A model generated the notes under the pieces. It did not search any database and had not been told where the DNA came from. It saw only the letters and a list, made by a program, of their open reading frames with translations. Both the position numbers and the translations under genes were made by a program. A DNA stretch of 64,000 bases from positions 53,610 to 117,609 of the forward strand of contig CAYYSJ010000002.1 of the NCBI GenBank assembly GCA_964474445.1, read 5' to 3'. Positions 28,921 through 39,349 of this stretch are shown piece after piece (positions within the stretch are counted from its first letter, which is position 1; each line of letters opens with the position of its first letter). This DNA is from an uncultured Gammaproteobacteria bacterium. Lineage in GTDB: Bacteria > Patescibacteriota > Microgenomatia > Levybacterales > UBA12049.

Positions 28921-29589
28921 TTGGTTATAGTAGTCTCCTGTATGTTTGTCTTTTCCACAATAGGAATTCCTGTCGTTTCGTTACTCCTTTCATTCCTTTA
29001 TCCTCAAGGCATTCAGGCCAAAAGTATACCACCTCTAGAACATCGTACTGTTCAAACACTCACTCGTCCAACACTTCCTGTCCTGCCAAGTCGTCCAGTT
29101 TTTAATGATAGATATACAACAACTTCATCAATCACACCCACAAAGGTAGCATCTATAACTAACCAGCCAACGACACAAACGCAATCAACCCCAACGCCAA
29201 CTGACTCAACTGTTCCAAGTGCCACTCCTGTCCAGACGGATGATAAAAAACACTTTATTATGAATGCAATTAACCAGTATCGTGCTTCCTATGGGTTACA
29301 ACCAGTCAGTATGAATGATACAACATGTAATTTTGCAAAAATCCGTGCAATAGAAATAACAAGTAACTTTAACCATGATGGGTTTAATCAGCGTATTCAA
29401 AACCATACCTTGCCATATCCAAGTTATTCACTCGTTACCGAAAATATTGCTGAGACGAGTAATTATCAGGAGGTTGTTACTATGTGGGCAAATTCTCCTG
29501 GTCATGCTGCAAATATGCGAGCCGACACTCCTTATGTCTGTGTTGAAAGCAATAATAATAACTACTACGCCTTTGAGGGATGGCGGTAA
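28921..29589 (+). CDS. CAP/SCP/PR1-like (YkwD-type) secreted protein
   Basis: Signal peptide and a Thr/Pro-rich linker. The CAP domain reads HFIMNAINQYRASYGLQPVSMNDTTCNFAKIRA...MWANSPGHAANM. Confidence 0.6.
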   Translation: MVIVVSCMFVFSTIGIPVVSLLLSFLYPQGIQAKSIPPLEHRTVQTLTRPTLPVLPSRPVFNDRYTTTSSITPTKVASITNQPTTQTQSTPTPTDSTVPSATPVQTDDKKHFIMNAINQYRASYGLQPVSMNDTTCNFAKIRAIEITSNFNHDGFNQRIQNHTLPYPSYSLVTENIAETSNYQEVVTMWANSPGHAANMRADTPYVCVESNNNNYYAFEGWR

Positions 29590-29687
29590 TAGAAGACGTT
29601 AACGAATCTTCATACAACATTGTACAAATGTGCTAATTTTTTACCTTAACGGGGCTCAATTTTTATGCTACAGTAATAGTACTTTGT

Positions 29688-30527
29688 ATGAAACGGTTGT
29701 TATTTCTTATTCTTCCAATACTACTTGCGATAGCAACATTTACCTCATTTTCTTTTATGCTTTCTCAAAGTACTTCAGGAAAAGGAGCACTGCAGGTAAC
29801 TTCAATTCCAGCAAGTAATGTCTATCTCAATGGAAAACTGGTAGGAAAGACACCTTTTTGCCAATGTGAAGGTAAAGACATGCTTGCTACTGGAGATTAT
29901 ACGTTAAAGTTAGTCCCTCTTGCGGGAGATAATCTTGATACCTACGAACAGAGGATCACTATTACAAAATCAATTCTTACAGTTGTTGATAGGACGTTTG
30001 GTGTAGGAGCTCTTTCAAGCGGATTTGTCATTAACCTTAGCCCTCTTTCAGACAATAATGCTGTACAATTGTTTATCTCCTCATTTCCTTCCGGTGCTCG
30101 TCTTAGTATTGATGGCAACGATTCAGGGCAAACACCATTGCTACTTAAAAATATCACATCATCCGACCACGATCTTGTTCTTGCAAAACCTGGATATAAA
30201 TCTAAGACTGTTCATGTTCAAACTCACCCTGGGTATCAGTTAAATGCAACTGTTTTTCTTGCTTTGCTCCCTCCTGATGCTAGTAGTGCAGCAATATTTG
30301 ATAACACAGGACTGACTCCCATACAAAAGCAAAAAGTGGTCATTTTAAATACTCCAACTGGATTTTTACGTGTGCGCTCTGACCCTTCTTTAGTAGGAAG
30401 CGAATCTGCACAAGTGAGACCTGGTGATATCTTTGAACTAGCCAGCGAACAGGATGGTTGGTATCAGATTAAACTTAAAGATGGAACGTTGGGGTGGGTT
30501 AGTGCTACCTATGCAAAGAAGCAGTAA
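29688..30527 (+). CDS. PEGA-domain protein with a C-terminal bacterial SH3 domain
   Basis: Signal/TM N-terminus. Two PEGA-like modules (VTSIPASNVYLNGKLVGKTP; ISSFPSGARLSIDGNDSGQTP). The C-terminal SH3b-like segment is FLRVRSDPSLVGSESAQVRPGDIFELASEQDGWYQIKLKDGTLGWV. Confidence 0.6.
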   Translation: MKRLLFLILPILLAIATFTSFSFMLSQSTSGKGALQVTSIPASNVYLNGKLVGKTPFCQCEGKDMLATGDYTLKLVPLAGDNLDTYEQRITITKSILTVVDRTFGVGALSSGFVINLSPLSDNNAVQLFISSFPSGARLSIDGNDSGQTPLLLKNITSSDHDLVLAKPGYKSKTVHVQTHPGYQLNATVFLALLPPDASSAAIFDNTGLTPIQKQKVVILNTPTGFLRVRSDPSLVGSESAQVRPGDIFELASEQDGWYQIKLKDGTLGWVSATYAKKQ

Positions 30528-30593
30528 TGAGAAAGACCTTAGGAAATCAGAACTATCAGTCTGAAGTAATTGCCGTGCTACAAGTATGTAAAC

Positions 30594-31538
30594 TTATCCT
30601 CCGAGGAAATAAATGATTCCTATTACAAGCATTGCCCATGCAATGACTGTTATAAGAAGAGGAGTGTCTGATAACAGTACCTTCTCAGGGCTTTCTCCTT
30701 CATGTTTTTCGTAAATGTCCTGCAAATACCGCATGAGGCCATAGACAACAGGAATAATAGTTATCATAAGCCACTTTCTCTGAAAGGATGCTGGAAGAAA
30801 GTCAGGAAGTAGAATGTTGGCCCCTATTTTCAGTCCCCCAGGATTCTCAAAAAATGTAAAGAGTGTATAGAAAATATATGTGGATGTTGCAAAAATAGAT
30901 GCATAAACATTCAGTAAGGATTCAGAATAATGAGAAAGTGTTTTTCGGGTTGCCTCAATTTGGGTTCCTGGCATATGAGAAATAAGAGTAAGTTCAGACT
31001 TTCTTTTTCCAATAGCAAGAAAAAGTGAGAGTGCTACTGTTGTAAGAACAAGCCACACTGAAATATGGTATCCTGTTGCCAATTCTCCTGCGTAGACTCG
31101 AAGCATATATCCAGCTGCCAGAGCGAGAATATCCAACACAGTAATATTTTTCAAAAACATGGAATAGGATAACTGTAATGACAGATAGACAAGGACAAGA
31201 AAAAGAAATGTAGGGCTCAATGAGACAGCAACAATAAGAGATAATGCGATAAGAATAAGAGCAAAGATAATTGCGTAGGAAACTGAAAGATCACCATGGG
31301 CAAGTGGACGAAATCGTTTGAATGGGTGAATTCTATCTTTTTCAATATCAAAAATATCATTAACGATATAAATTGCAGAGGAGAGACCACAGAACACGAG
31401 AAACCCTAGAACACTTCTTGAAAAAAGATTTGGATCAAAGAGACGTCCTGAAAAAATGAGAGCAGCAAAGATAGCAAAGTTTTTAATCCATTGCTTTGGA
31501 CGTAAGAGTTTTAATGTTTTAAAAAGTTTTTTCTTCAT
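30594..31538 (-). CDS. UbiA-family polyprenyl-phosphate phosphoribosyltransferase-like protein (resembles decaprenyl-phosphate 5-phosphoribosyltransferase, Rv3806c-type)
   Basis: LRPKQWIKNFAIFAALI, YIVNDIFDIEKDRIHPFKRFRPLAHG (NDxxDxxxD + KRFRP), YMLRVYAG, IGKRKSEL. 8-9 TM helices. Start at the internal MKKKL. Confidence 0.75.
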   Translation of the reverse strand: MKKKLFKTLKLLRPKQWIKNFAIFAALIFSGRLFDPNLFSRSVLGFLVFCGLSSAIYIVNDIFDIEKDRIHPFKRFRPLAHGDLSVSYAIIFALILIALSLIVAVSLSPTFLFLVLVYLSLQLSYSMFLKNITVLDILALAAGYMLRVYAGELATGYHISVWLVLTTVALSLFLAIGKRKSELTLISHMPGTQIEATRKTLSHYSESLLNVYASIFATSTYIFYTLFTFFENPGGLKIGANILLPDFLPASFQRKWLMITIIPVVYGLMRYLQDIYEKHEGESPEKVLLSDTPLLITVIAWAMLVIGIIYFLGG

Positions 31539-32598
31539 CGCTTTGGAGTGTTTTATATAAAAATACCAATCCTCCACCAGCAATTGCTAAAAGCATCAAG
31601 ATTGCAAAAAGCTTTCCTGTGCTCGACAATGTCAAAGATACTGCGCCTAATATAGCAGAAACAATATAGTAAAACAAGGCAATACTCCTTTGGGAATACC
31701 CGAGGCGGAGTAGTTGGTGATGAAGATGCAAATTGTCGTGCCAAAAAGGAGATTTCCCTGAAGCAATACGTCTTGTGATAGTAAATAAACCATCTGCCAT
31801 TGGGACTCCCATGACAAGAATTGCCGTTGCCAATTTTGCTCCTGATAAGATAGCCACAACACTTAAAAGAAGATAAATAGATGTTGCACCGTAGCCAGGG
31901 AATATTTTTGCTGGATGAAAGTTATAGAGTAAAAATCCTAAGGCTGCTCCTGCAATAAGAAAAGAAAGTTTAGCGGCAAGAAGAGTGTGCGGATCTGTCC
32001 ATGAGAACCTTAAACTGAGTATTCCTATGACAATTCCTGATATTGCGACAACACCTGGCATTTGTCCATCAACTCCTTTACTCCAGTTCAACATGTTCAT
32101 TGCCCATACAACCCATAACAGTGCGAGCATGTCGGACAAAGGATAAATTGTGTGTGTCCCAAAAAAAGAAAATGTTATTTTGAGAAAATCTAAATGAATA
32201 ATGCCACCAAAGGGATTCGTGACAAATGGTATACCAATTCCTGCACTGACAACAATAAGTGCACAAAGAAAATTAATACCTAACCGGAGATATCGAGAAA
32301 TGTCATATTTATCATCCAGTGTTCCAATAACGAGTGCAAGCAAAGACGCAATAAAAATAGATATTGTTGTTCGGTCAATAGGTAAAGAAAAGAGAGCTCC
32401 TATAAAAATTCCTAAAAATAGAGCAACTCCTCCACCTCGTGGTATTGGTTTGGTATGTAACATTGCTGGATGTTTATGTGTTTTTGGATCGTCGACGTAG
32501 CCAAAACGTTTAATAATTGGGATAAGGAGTGGTGTTGCAATAGCAGTTGAAAGGAAAGCAATAGCAAGTGGAATAATAATGAAAAGAGGAAAATTCAT
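31519..32598 (-). CDS. Polyprenyl-phosphate N-acetylhexosamine-1-phosphate transferase (MraY/WecA/TagO family, GT4-type PNPT)
   Basis: IIKRFGYVDDPKTHKHPAMLHTKPIPRGGGVALFLG and the DD/DK motifs. 10-11 TM helices. 359 aa. Confidence 0.8.
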   Translation of the reverse strand: MNFPLFIIIPLAIAFLSTAIATPLLIPIIKRFGYVDDPKTHKHPAMLHTKPIPRGGGVALFLGIFIGALFSLPIDRTTISIFIASLLALVIGTLDDKYDISRYLRLGINFLCALIVVSAGIGIPFVTNPFGGIIHLDFLKITFSFFGTHTIYPLSDMLALLWVVWAMNMLNWSKGVDGQMPGVVAISGIVIGILSLRFSWTDPHTLLAAKLSFLIAGAALGFLLYNFHPAKIFPGYGATSIYLLLSVVAILSGAKLATAILVMGVPMADGLFTITRRIASGKSPFWHDNLHLHHQLLRLGYSQRSIALFYYIVSAILGAVSLTLSSTGKLFAILMLLAIAGGGLVFLYKTLQSDEEKTF

Positions 32599-32966
32599 AG
32601 AATCACCTGAAAAATTCTCATTACAAAAATTAACACAAAGAAGGCAAGCGCTGCATTTGTGACAAAAACAAATCGGGCGAGAAGAGGATTTTTTTTGAGA
32701 AACTGAGTACCTAAAAAGAGATTGCTTAGTATGAGAATAAGTGAAAGCAATATTGGGACAAAAATTTCATATGTTCTTCCAAGTCTTTGATATCCCCATG
32801 GCTCGTGGTTATAGAGAGGCAAAAAAGGAGGTAGTTGTCGATATAAGAGAGCAACTCCTGCAACGACAAAAAGAAGAAGACTAAAGCTTATGATAAAGCT
32901 CCACCATGCAACATTGTCTGATTGTAATTGTTTAATAAGTCCTTTCATAGATAATAGCATTATCAA
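32595..32966 (-). CDS. Small membrane protein (3 TM helices)
   Basis: Hydrophobic 123 aa. Translationally coupled between the GT-C and WecA-like genes. Confidence 0.35.
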   Translation of the reverse strand: MIMLLSMKGLIKQLQSDNVAWWSFIISFSLLLFVVAGVALLYRQLPPFLPLYNHEPWGYQRLGRTYEIFVPILLSLILILSNLFLGTQFLKKNPLLARFVFVTNAALAFFVLIFVMRIFQVIL

Positions 32967-34407
32967 ATGTTATTTTCATTTTGTAATGTTTTAATTGATA
33001 TGGCATATTGCCTGCATTTTGAAGAATAATAACATACTTTGGCATTGTTTGTATAAGTGCAGTTTGTGTTTCCTTTATGGTTGTTCCATTTGCTGTAATA
33101 TGGTATGCAACAGTGTATTTCCCCGGAGGAAGGCTATTCGTTAATTTATAAATCTGAGCGCTATTCCCCCAAATGAAAATTTGCTCGTTATGTTTACGAA
33201 CAGTTTGTATATATGCTGCAACATCATAATCTTGGGGGGTCTGTTGATCAAAAAAAGTTTGATATGCCTCAGTTGTTTTTTTACCAGCAGCATAGGATAG
33301 GTAATTTGCGTAATACAAAAATGTTTTATTGTAGTACCAAAAGTTTTTGGCGATAAAAAAGACGATCACAATAAGAAGAATACTATGGAGCACTTTTTGC
33401 TTTTGTTGCTGTATAAGAAGTCCAATGAATAAAGAAAAACTTGCAATGAAAACTAAAAGATAATGTGTATATGGTCGTTGTGAGAAAAGCGCACTAAAAA
33501 GAGAAAAGGAAAGCCAAATATAAACAAAAAGTTGAGTAAGGGAAAAGACTTGTTTTTTCCATAAAAGTATAAGACATAGACCTCCCAAAATAAAAATTTT
33601 TCCAAGTAACAATCCTTGAGGGATAATAAATTGGTTGCCGTAATTTACATACCCCACATTACTAAAGAAGGCTGATTGGAGAAATATTTTAAGCGCTCCA
33701 TGTGTTACAAAAAAGACAATTGTTAGAATGAGTGGAACAAAAAATGCCGAGAGAAAAACTGCGCTATAGGTAAGAGTTTGTTTGATCAATTTGGTAAAGG
33801 AATGGAGTTGAAAATAACAAACAAAAAGGAAAAACCAAAACGCTGCTATATCAAAAATAGCTACAACTTTTATGAGAAATGATATTCCTAGGGCCATTCC
33901 TGCCAGACCTACAAGGATGTAATCTTTATTTACTGTTTGTTTCTTTTGTGCAACATAAAGTATCAGTAGAGCGCTTATTAACGAAGGTAAAACCATAAAA
34001 TTTTCTGCATTTGCAATATTCCCTTCAAGAAACGGAAGTCCTAGGAGAAGTGCAAACAGGAATGTACTAGCATAGTAAGCAGTTTTTTTAGCGAAGAGTT
34101 TTTTTGCAATGAAGAAAAAGAGAAGAACAGCAAGAAGACCAACAATACAAGAAAAAATCTTAACTGGCATTTGATCTCCCTGAAACAGTGAATAGATAAG
34201 ATACAAGAAAGGTGGTTTGTTATCCCAAATGTCCCTATAGAGAAATCTCCCGTGCCGTAGTCCAAGTCCGACCACTTCATAAATTCCTTCATCACCATAC
34301 CAATACGGTTCAAAAAAAGAAGGAAGTCTTAGGAAGAAAAAAAGAATACTTGTTGATAGGACAAACCAAAAGTCGAGGGATTGCTGAAGACGAGTAAGAA
34401 GTTTCAT
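32932..34407 (-). CDS. GT-C fold glycosyltransferase (PMT_2/ArnT-like)
   Basis: 491 aa polytopic protein. The N-terminal motif FFEPYWYGDEGIYEVVGLGLRHG (DE motif) precedes about 12 TM helices. Confidence 0.6.
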   Translation of the reverse strand: MKLLTRLQQSLDFWFVLSTSILFFFLRLPSFFEPYWYGDEGIYEVVGLGLRHGRFLYRDIWDNKPPFLYLIYSLFQGDQMPVKIFSCIVGLLAVLLFFFIAKKLFAKKTAYYASTFLFALLLGLPFLEGNIANAENFMVLPSLISALLILYVAQKKQTVNKDYILVGLAGMALGISFLIKVVAIFDIAAFWFFLFVCYFQLHSFTKLIKQTLTYSAVFLSAFFVPLILTIVFFVTHGALKIFLQSAFFSNVGYVNYGNQFIIPQGLLLGKIFILGGLCLILLWKKQVFSLTQLFVYIWLSFSLFSALFSQRPYTHYLLVFIASFSLFIGLLIQQQKQKVLHSILLIVIVFFIAKNFWYYNKTFLYYANYLSYAAGKKTTEAYQTFFDQQTPQDYDVAAYIQTVRKHNEQIFIWGNSAQIYKLTNSLPPGKYTVAYHITANGTTIKETQTALIQTMPKYVIILQNAGNMPYQLKHYKMKITFDNAIIYERTY

Positions 34408-34452
34408 ATAACTGCTATTGTTATTATAACAATTATATCAGTTATAGCTAGT

Positions 34453-35946
34453 TTATATTTTCTCTGTTACTTTGTACTCAATCCGTTTACCAAGCATAAG
34501 CTGCGTATGGGAGATCAACGCTGGGAGTGTTGAAAGGAAGAATCCAGCAATGGGGAGAAGCATAAACTCAAGAGGGAATAAGAAGTACTTTATTTTTGAA
34601 ACATGTTTTGTATGTGGACGGTTTCTAAAGTCAATGCCTATCATGATCAGTGTTGAGAAAAGACAGAATGTAAGAATGAGTCCTGCAAGACTTGGTAATT
34701 TATATCCAAGAGTAGTACGGGCAAAAATAGGATTGACAAATGGAATAATATTGGCCGCAACAGTAATAATAAACCAGTTAACTGGCCAAAGAAAATGATC
34801 GAGCAATACGTGATATAACATAAGTGTTTTTCTTACAAAAGGCACACCAGGGACGGTAAACCACCATTTAATAAACAGTGGATCATCAGACACTCCCCAA
34901 GACCAACGTCTTTCTTGCTCATATTTATTCATCAAACTATTCCAATACCCATTTGAAAGAGGAGCATCCATGGAAGTTTTGAGAAAAATTGGTTCAACCC
35001 ATACTTGCCCTTGTAACTTATAAAAGGCTTTAAAGAAAATTCTATAATCTTCAGGTATCACATCAGTATCCCAAAAACCTATTTGATGAAGCATCTTTAA
35101 AGAGAGCGAGTATGTTGAGTTAGAAACAAGTCTATCCCCTTGGATAAGAAGTGCTGTTCTCCACAAGGAACCAAAGAATGACAGAATTCGGATTGGTGCT
35201 GGAACACTCCAGAAATTATTATAATTCACGTTTGCTGACTGCCAGAATTTATTAAATGGCTTTGGGTCAGTTAAAAATTTGTAAGAAAGGTATGCAAAGT
35301 ATTGTTTATCAAAAATAGAATCGGCGTCTACTGATGAAATCGTTGCGTAGTTAACATCAATTTTTTTGTTTTCAACTAACTGTTTATATGCAAGTTGTGC
35401 TCCGAAACTTTCATTGGATGACTTTCCTTTCACCTCTCCTGGAATATCAGGATGATAGCTCGCAAAAATGTCTCCAAAGACCGGTTTAAATTCTTTGATA
35501 AGGCTTTCTGCTTTTTCTTTCGCGTCGGCTTCCCGTTCTTCCATTGCTAAAACAACATAGATTCGTTTGGTTGGAAAAGTTTGATGTGCAATTGATTGAA
35601 TTGTCTCTCGTAGTTTGTGGACTCTTTCTCTATAGTTAGGAATAACTAATATATGAGTCATTTTGTTAAATTGTGGCAAAGTGTGTGTTTTTTCTAACCA
35701 GTTTTCCTTTTCCGCAGTTCGAATTTTTCCTGAGGAAATAAAAGCAGTTGTTGTAAGAGAGAGTGATTTATACAGCCAGTAGACATCAAAGAATAAAATA
35801 AAGTATGCAAGAGCAGCAGGAAAGAAAAGGCCACCCCACAGCGGAAAAAGGATAAGGGTCCAGGATAATACGCCTGGTACTAGTTCTAATGCTCTTCTTG
35901 TTTTTACAGGATATCGAGAAAAGAGTATTTGAAAAAATTTATTCAT
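34453..35946 (-). CDS. Processive family-2 glycosyltransferase (membrane-integrated synthase, cellulose/chitin/hyaluronan-synthase-like)
   Basis: ISSVDADS (DxD), QERRWSWG (the QxxRW processivity motif), and N- and C-terminal TM bundles. 497 aa. Confidence 0.7.
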   Translation of the reverse strand: MNKFFQILFSRYPVKTRRALELVPGVLSWTLILFPLWGGLFFPAALAYFILFFDVYWLYKSLSLTTTAFISSGKIRTAEKENWLEKTHTLPQFNKMTHILVIPNYRERVHKLRETIQSIAHQTFPTKRIYVVLAMEEREADAKEKAESLIKEFKPVFGDIFASYHPDIPGEVKGKSSNESFGAQLAYKQLVENKKIDVNYATISSVDADSIFDKQYFAYLSYKFLTDPKPFNKFWQSANVNYNNFWSVPAPIRILSFFGSLWRTALLIQGDRLVSNSTYSLSLKMLHQIGFWDTDVIPEDYRIFFKAFYKLQGQVWVEPIFLKTSMDAPLSNGYWNSLMNKYEQERRWSWGVSDDPLFIKWWFTVPGVPFVRKTLMLYHVLLDHFLWPVNWFIITVAANIIPFVNPIFARTTLGYKLPSLAGLILTFCLFSTLIMIGIDFRNRPHTKHVSKIKYFLFPLEFMLLPIAGFFLSTLPALISHTQLMLGKRIEYKVTEKI

Positions 35947-36011
35947 ACGTTTGGTTCATTGTCTTATTGCTTCATTGTAAAACAACGGAACAGTGGAACA
36001 ATGGGACAATG

Positions 36012-36818
36012 TTAAGAAATGTGAAATAATTTTTTGGCATTTTGCTCAGTTTGTAGATTTATTTCTTCAAACGATAAGCCTTTCACTTTTGCTAGAAATT
36101 CACCCACTATTATAACATAGCTCGGTTTATTTTGAGTTCCACGGAAAGGAATTGGGGTAAGAAACGGGCTATCTGTCTCAGTAACTATCCTCTCGAGAGG
36201 AGTTGCTTTTGCAATGTCGGCCAATGCCACTGTTTCACCAGGGGCAAGGCCTGGATAGGTACTGTTTCCATCAAATCCTATCATAAAACCCAAATCAAGT
36301 GCTCCCTTAAGAATATTCATGTCACCTGCAAAACAGTGAAACATTCCAGGATAATCACTTCTGAGTAAATTCTTGTGGTGAGTAAGAATTTCCAGAATAT
36401 CTTTTCCTGCATGACGATTATGAATTTGAAGAGGCAGGTTAAGTTTGTGAGCAAGTTCTATTTGTGCTTCAAAGAATTCTTTTTGGAGGTCTGAGTCAAC
36501 AATACCATTGGATTGATATCGATAATAATCAAGACCTATTTCTCCAATACCAACGACTTTTGGTTTTTTGGCGAGGGTTTCAAGTTCTTCAATCCAATTC
36601 GATGAAACATCTTGCTTGTCAGCATGGTGTGGATGGACACCAACAATTGCATATAAATGCTCATACTGTTGTGCTAACTCGACAGCTTTTTCGCTTGAGT
36701 CAATTTTTGTACCTGTATTAATGATGTAGGTGACTCCTTCATCATACGCTTCTTTGATAAGCTCATTATAGTTGCTCTCAAAAGCATGAAAATTTAGATG
36801 GCAATGAACATCAATCAT
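36012..36818 (-). CDS. tatD: TatD-family metal-dependent hydrolase/DNase
   Basis: MIDVHCHLNFHAF.. and GVHPHHA.. motifs. 268 aa. Confidence 0.85.
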   Translation of the reverse strand: MIDVHCHLNFHAFESNYNELIKEAYDEGVTYIINTGTKIDSSEKAVELAQQYEHLYAIVGVHPHHADKQDVSSNWIEELETLAKKPKVVGIGEIGLDYYRYQSNGIVDSDLQKEFFEAQIELAHKLNLPLQIHNRHAGKDILEILTHHKNLLRSDYPGMFHCFAGDMNILKGALDLGFMIGFDGNSTYPGLAPGETVALADIAKATPLERIVTETDSPFLTPIPFRGTQNKPSYVIIVGEFLAKVKGLSFEEINLQTEQNAKKLFHIS

Positions 36819-36888
36819 ACGCTAAGTATACTATATACAACTATTTTTCTGTTACTATCATTATATGCTTTTTGTTTTGTAAATTTCA

Positions 36889-37827
36889 TTGCGTTATATC
36901 GTACTTGTTTTTTTGTTTTGCGCCTCATTGTGTCTTTCTATGGATTTCTCCGGGCAGATAGCAATCATGTATAGTTATAGATATACTATTGCTATGGGGA
37001 ATCAGAAAATTGTTGAAAAACAAACTTCCTCTGGTGAAAAGATTGCGTACTATCTAGAAGGAGATGAAAAAAACGCTCCCATTGTTCTTATCTCTGGATT
37101 TACCGGCACTCATGGAGATCTATTAGAATTAGCGCGTCAATTAAAAGATAAGTACTTTATTATTATTCCTGAGTTTCCGGGATGGGGTGATAGTCCAGAA
37201 GGTCATTCCCACCTTACTATTGTTTCCTATGCAAATGTTATTCGAAAAGTGTTAGATGATCTTTCCCTTCGTAAGGCAACTCTTGTTGCTCATTGTATGG
37301 GTGCAACAGTGGCACTTGAAGCAGCGTATCGATTTCCTGAAAGAATAAAAGGACTTATTTTAATAAGTACTCCCTATCAAGATGGTACTGCAGGACAAGT
37401 ATTCTTTCGTTTTATGACTAAGCTCAGTGAAAAGACACCTGAACGTATAAGACCATTATTCTTTTTCTGGCGAAGCAGAATAATAACAATTCCAATAAGT
37501 TTCTTTGTCTTACAAACACGAACCCTAGGAAAAAAACTAAAACTTGTCGAAAAGACATTAACCCAGCAAGCACATCAAGATGAGCATGTCCTCGAAATGA
37601 ATTGGAACAGCTTAGTTCATTATGATTACCAGAAATTAAAAAAGTTATCTGTGCCTGTTCATTTGTTGCATGGGGAGAAGGATCTTCTTGTTCCAATAAC
37701 TCAGGCAGAAAAACTTTCTCATATTCTTCCGCATACAACACTTGATGTCCTCTCTCATGCAGGTCATTTACCTCCTATAGAGACTCCAGAGACGGTAGCA
37801 CATACAATAGAAAAATATTTGGCTTAG
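36889..37827 (+). CDS. Alpha/beta-hydrolase
   Basis: HCMGATVA nucleophile elbow, and HG/GH near the C-terminus. Possible true start at MGNQK (36994). Confidence 0.6.
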   Translation: MRYIVLVFLFCASLCLSMDFSGQIAIMYSYRYTIAMGNQKIVEKQTSSGEKIAYYLEGDEKNAPIVLISGFTGTHGDLLELARQLKDKYFIIIPEFPGWGDSPEGHSHLTIVSYANVIRKVLDDLSLRKATLVAHCMGATVALEAAYRFPERIKGLILISTPYQDGTAGQVFFRFMTKLSEKTPERIRPLFFFWRSRIITIPISFFVLQTRTLGKKLKLVEKTLTQQAHQDEHVLEMNWNSLVHYDYQKLKKLSVPVHLLHGEKDLLVPITQAEKLSHILPHTTLDVLSHAGHLPPIETPETVAHTIEKYLA

Positions 37828-37860
37828 TCTTCTTGTTCTCATGAAGACGGACCACCTAAC

Positions 37861-39312
37861 TTATACGATTCGTGGGAAAAGAGGTGTTTGTGCTTTTATT
37901 TCTGGTCCCTTGAACTGTTCTTCGATGGCCTTTGCTGTTGCAGGTAAAAATGGTTCAAGAAGTCCTGCAATTTCTTGCAACCCATCAACAGCATGAGCAA
38001 GCACTGGTTTTACTTGCTTATCTTGATTCTTAACCAACTCCCATGGCTTTTGGGTATCAATAAATTGATTTAATTCTGCTACTTTTCTCCATATAAAAGC
38101 TAGTGCATCATGAAATCTAAATTCATTAATAGCACTTGTATATTCTTCGACCTCTACTAGATGAGCGGAGATTCGATCCTCTGATCCCATTTGGATATAT
38201 CCTGCAGATTCACATAATTTGGCAACTCGGGAAATAAGATTACCAAGTCCATTTGCAAGATCAGCATTGTATACTTCCCGAAGTCGTGTCTCAGAGAAAT
38301 CTCCATCACTAGTCGTTGGAATATCCCGAAGAACATAGTAACGGAATGCATCTACTCCATATTTTTCAACGACTTCGATTGGGTCAACGACATTTCCGAG
38401 TGTTTTACTCATCTTTTGTCCATTGACAGTAAAGTATCCATGAACGAAGAGGGATTTTGGTAATGGCAATTTTGCAGAAAGCAAGAAAGCTGGCCAGTAA
38501 ATAGCGTGGAATCTGAGAATTCCTTTCCCAATAACATGAACATCTGCAGGCCACCACTTCTTATATTTCTCCTCGTTCCATCCAAAGCCAACGCCACTTT
38601 GATAAATATTTAATGCGTCAAACCATACGTACATACGTTGACTATTATCTCCAGGAACTGGTACCCCCCAACCTTTTGCTCGTTCATTAGATCGTGAGAT
38701 GCTAATATCCTGAAGTGTATTCCTTTTTAAGAAGGAGAGCGCCTCATTTTTTCGTGTTGTTGGGACAATTCTCAACTCATCAGACTCCAACAGTTTGATT
38801 AACTCGTCTTGATATTTTGAAAGTCTAAAAAAATAATTTTCTTCAGAAACTTTCTCAAGAGGTTTTCCAGGGTGTTCAAAACACTCTCCATTCTCATTTA
38901 ACTCTTCTGGTTCATAAAATTGTTCACATCCCACGCAGTAAAGACCAGTATAGGTTTTCTTGTAAATATCGCCGTTGGCTACACATAATTCCCATAGCTT
39001 TTGCGATGATTCATGATGCTGCTTACTACTACCTTTTTGAAAAACATCAAATTGGACATTTAATCTTTTTGCAAGCTCTGCAAAAAGATTACTATTAAGG
39101 TCAATAAATTCCTGAACAGGGAGCCCTGCTTTTTCTGCAGCTTGTACATTTTTTAGGGCATTTTCATCTCCACCAGATAGAAGCGTTACTTCCTCACCTA
39201 AAATACGATGAAACCGTGCCAACACATCAGCCTGAACAAATTCAAGCGCATGACCAACGTGCGGCTTGGCATTTACATACGGAATTGCTGTTGTAATATA
39301 AAATTTTATCAT
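37861..39312 (-). CDS. metG: Methionyl-tRNA synthetase (short form, no C-terminal tRNA-binding domain)
   Basis: PYVNAKPHVGHALE (HIGH-type) and QKMSKTLGNVVDP (KMSKS). 483 aa. Confidence 0.93.
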   Translation of the reverse strand: MIKFYITTAIPYVNAKPHVGHALEFVQADVLARFHRILGEEVTLLSGGDENALKNVQAAEKAGLPVQEFIDLNSNLFAELAKRLNVQFDVFQKGSSKQHHESSQKLWELCVANGDIYKKTYTGLYCVGCEQFYEPEELNENGECFEHPGKPLEKVSEENYFFRLSKYQDELIKLLESDELRIVPTTRKNEALSFLKRNTLQDISISRSNERAKGWGVPVPGDNSQRMYVWFDALNIYQSGVGFGWNEEKYKKWWPADVHVIGKGILRFHAIYWPAFLLSAKLPLPKSLFVHGYFTVNGQKMSKTLGNVVDPIEVVEKYGVDAFRYYVLRDIPTTSDGDFSETRLREVYNADLANGLGNLISRVAKLCESAGYIQMGSEDRISAHLVEVEEYTSAINEFRFHDALAFIWRKVAELNQFIDTQKPWELVKNQDKQVKPVLAHAVDGLQEIAGLLEPFLPATAKAIEEQFKGPEIKAQTPLFPRIV

Positions 39313-39349
39313 GCTCAGATTGTATCAAAGTAGTCAAGGCCAAACAAGG

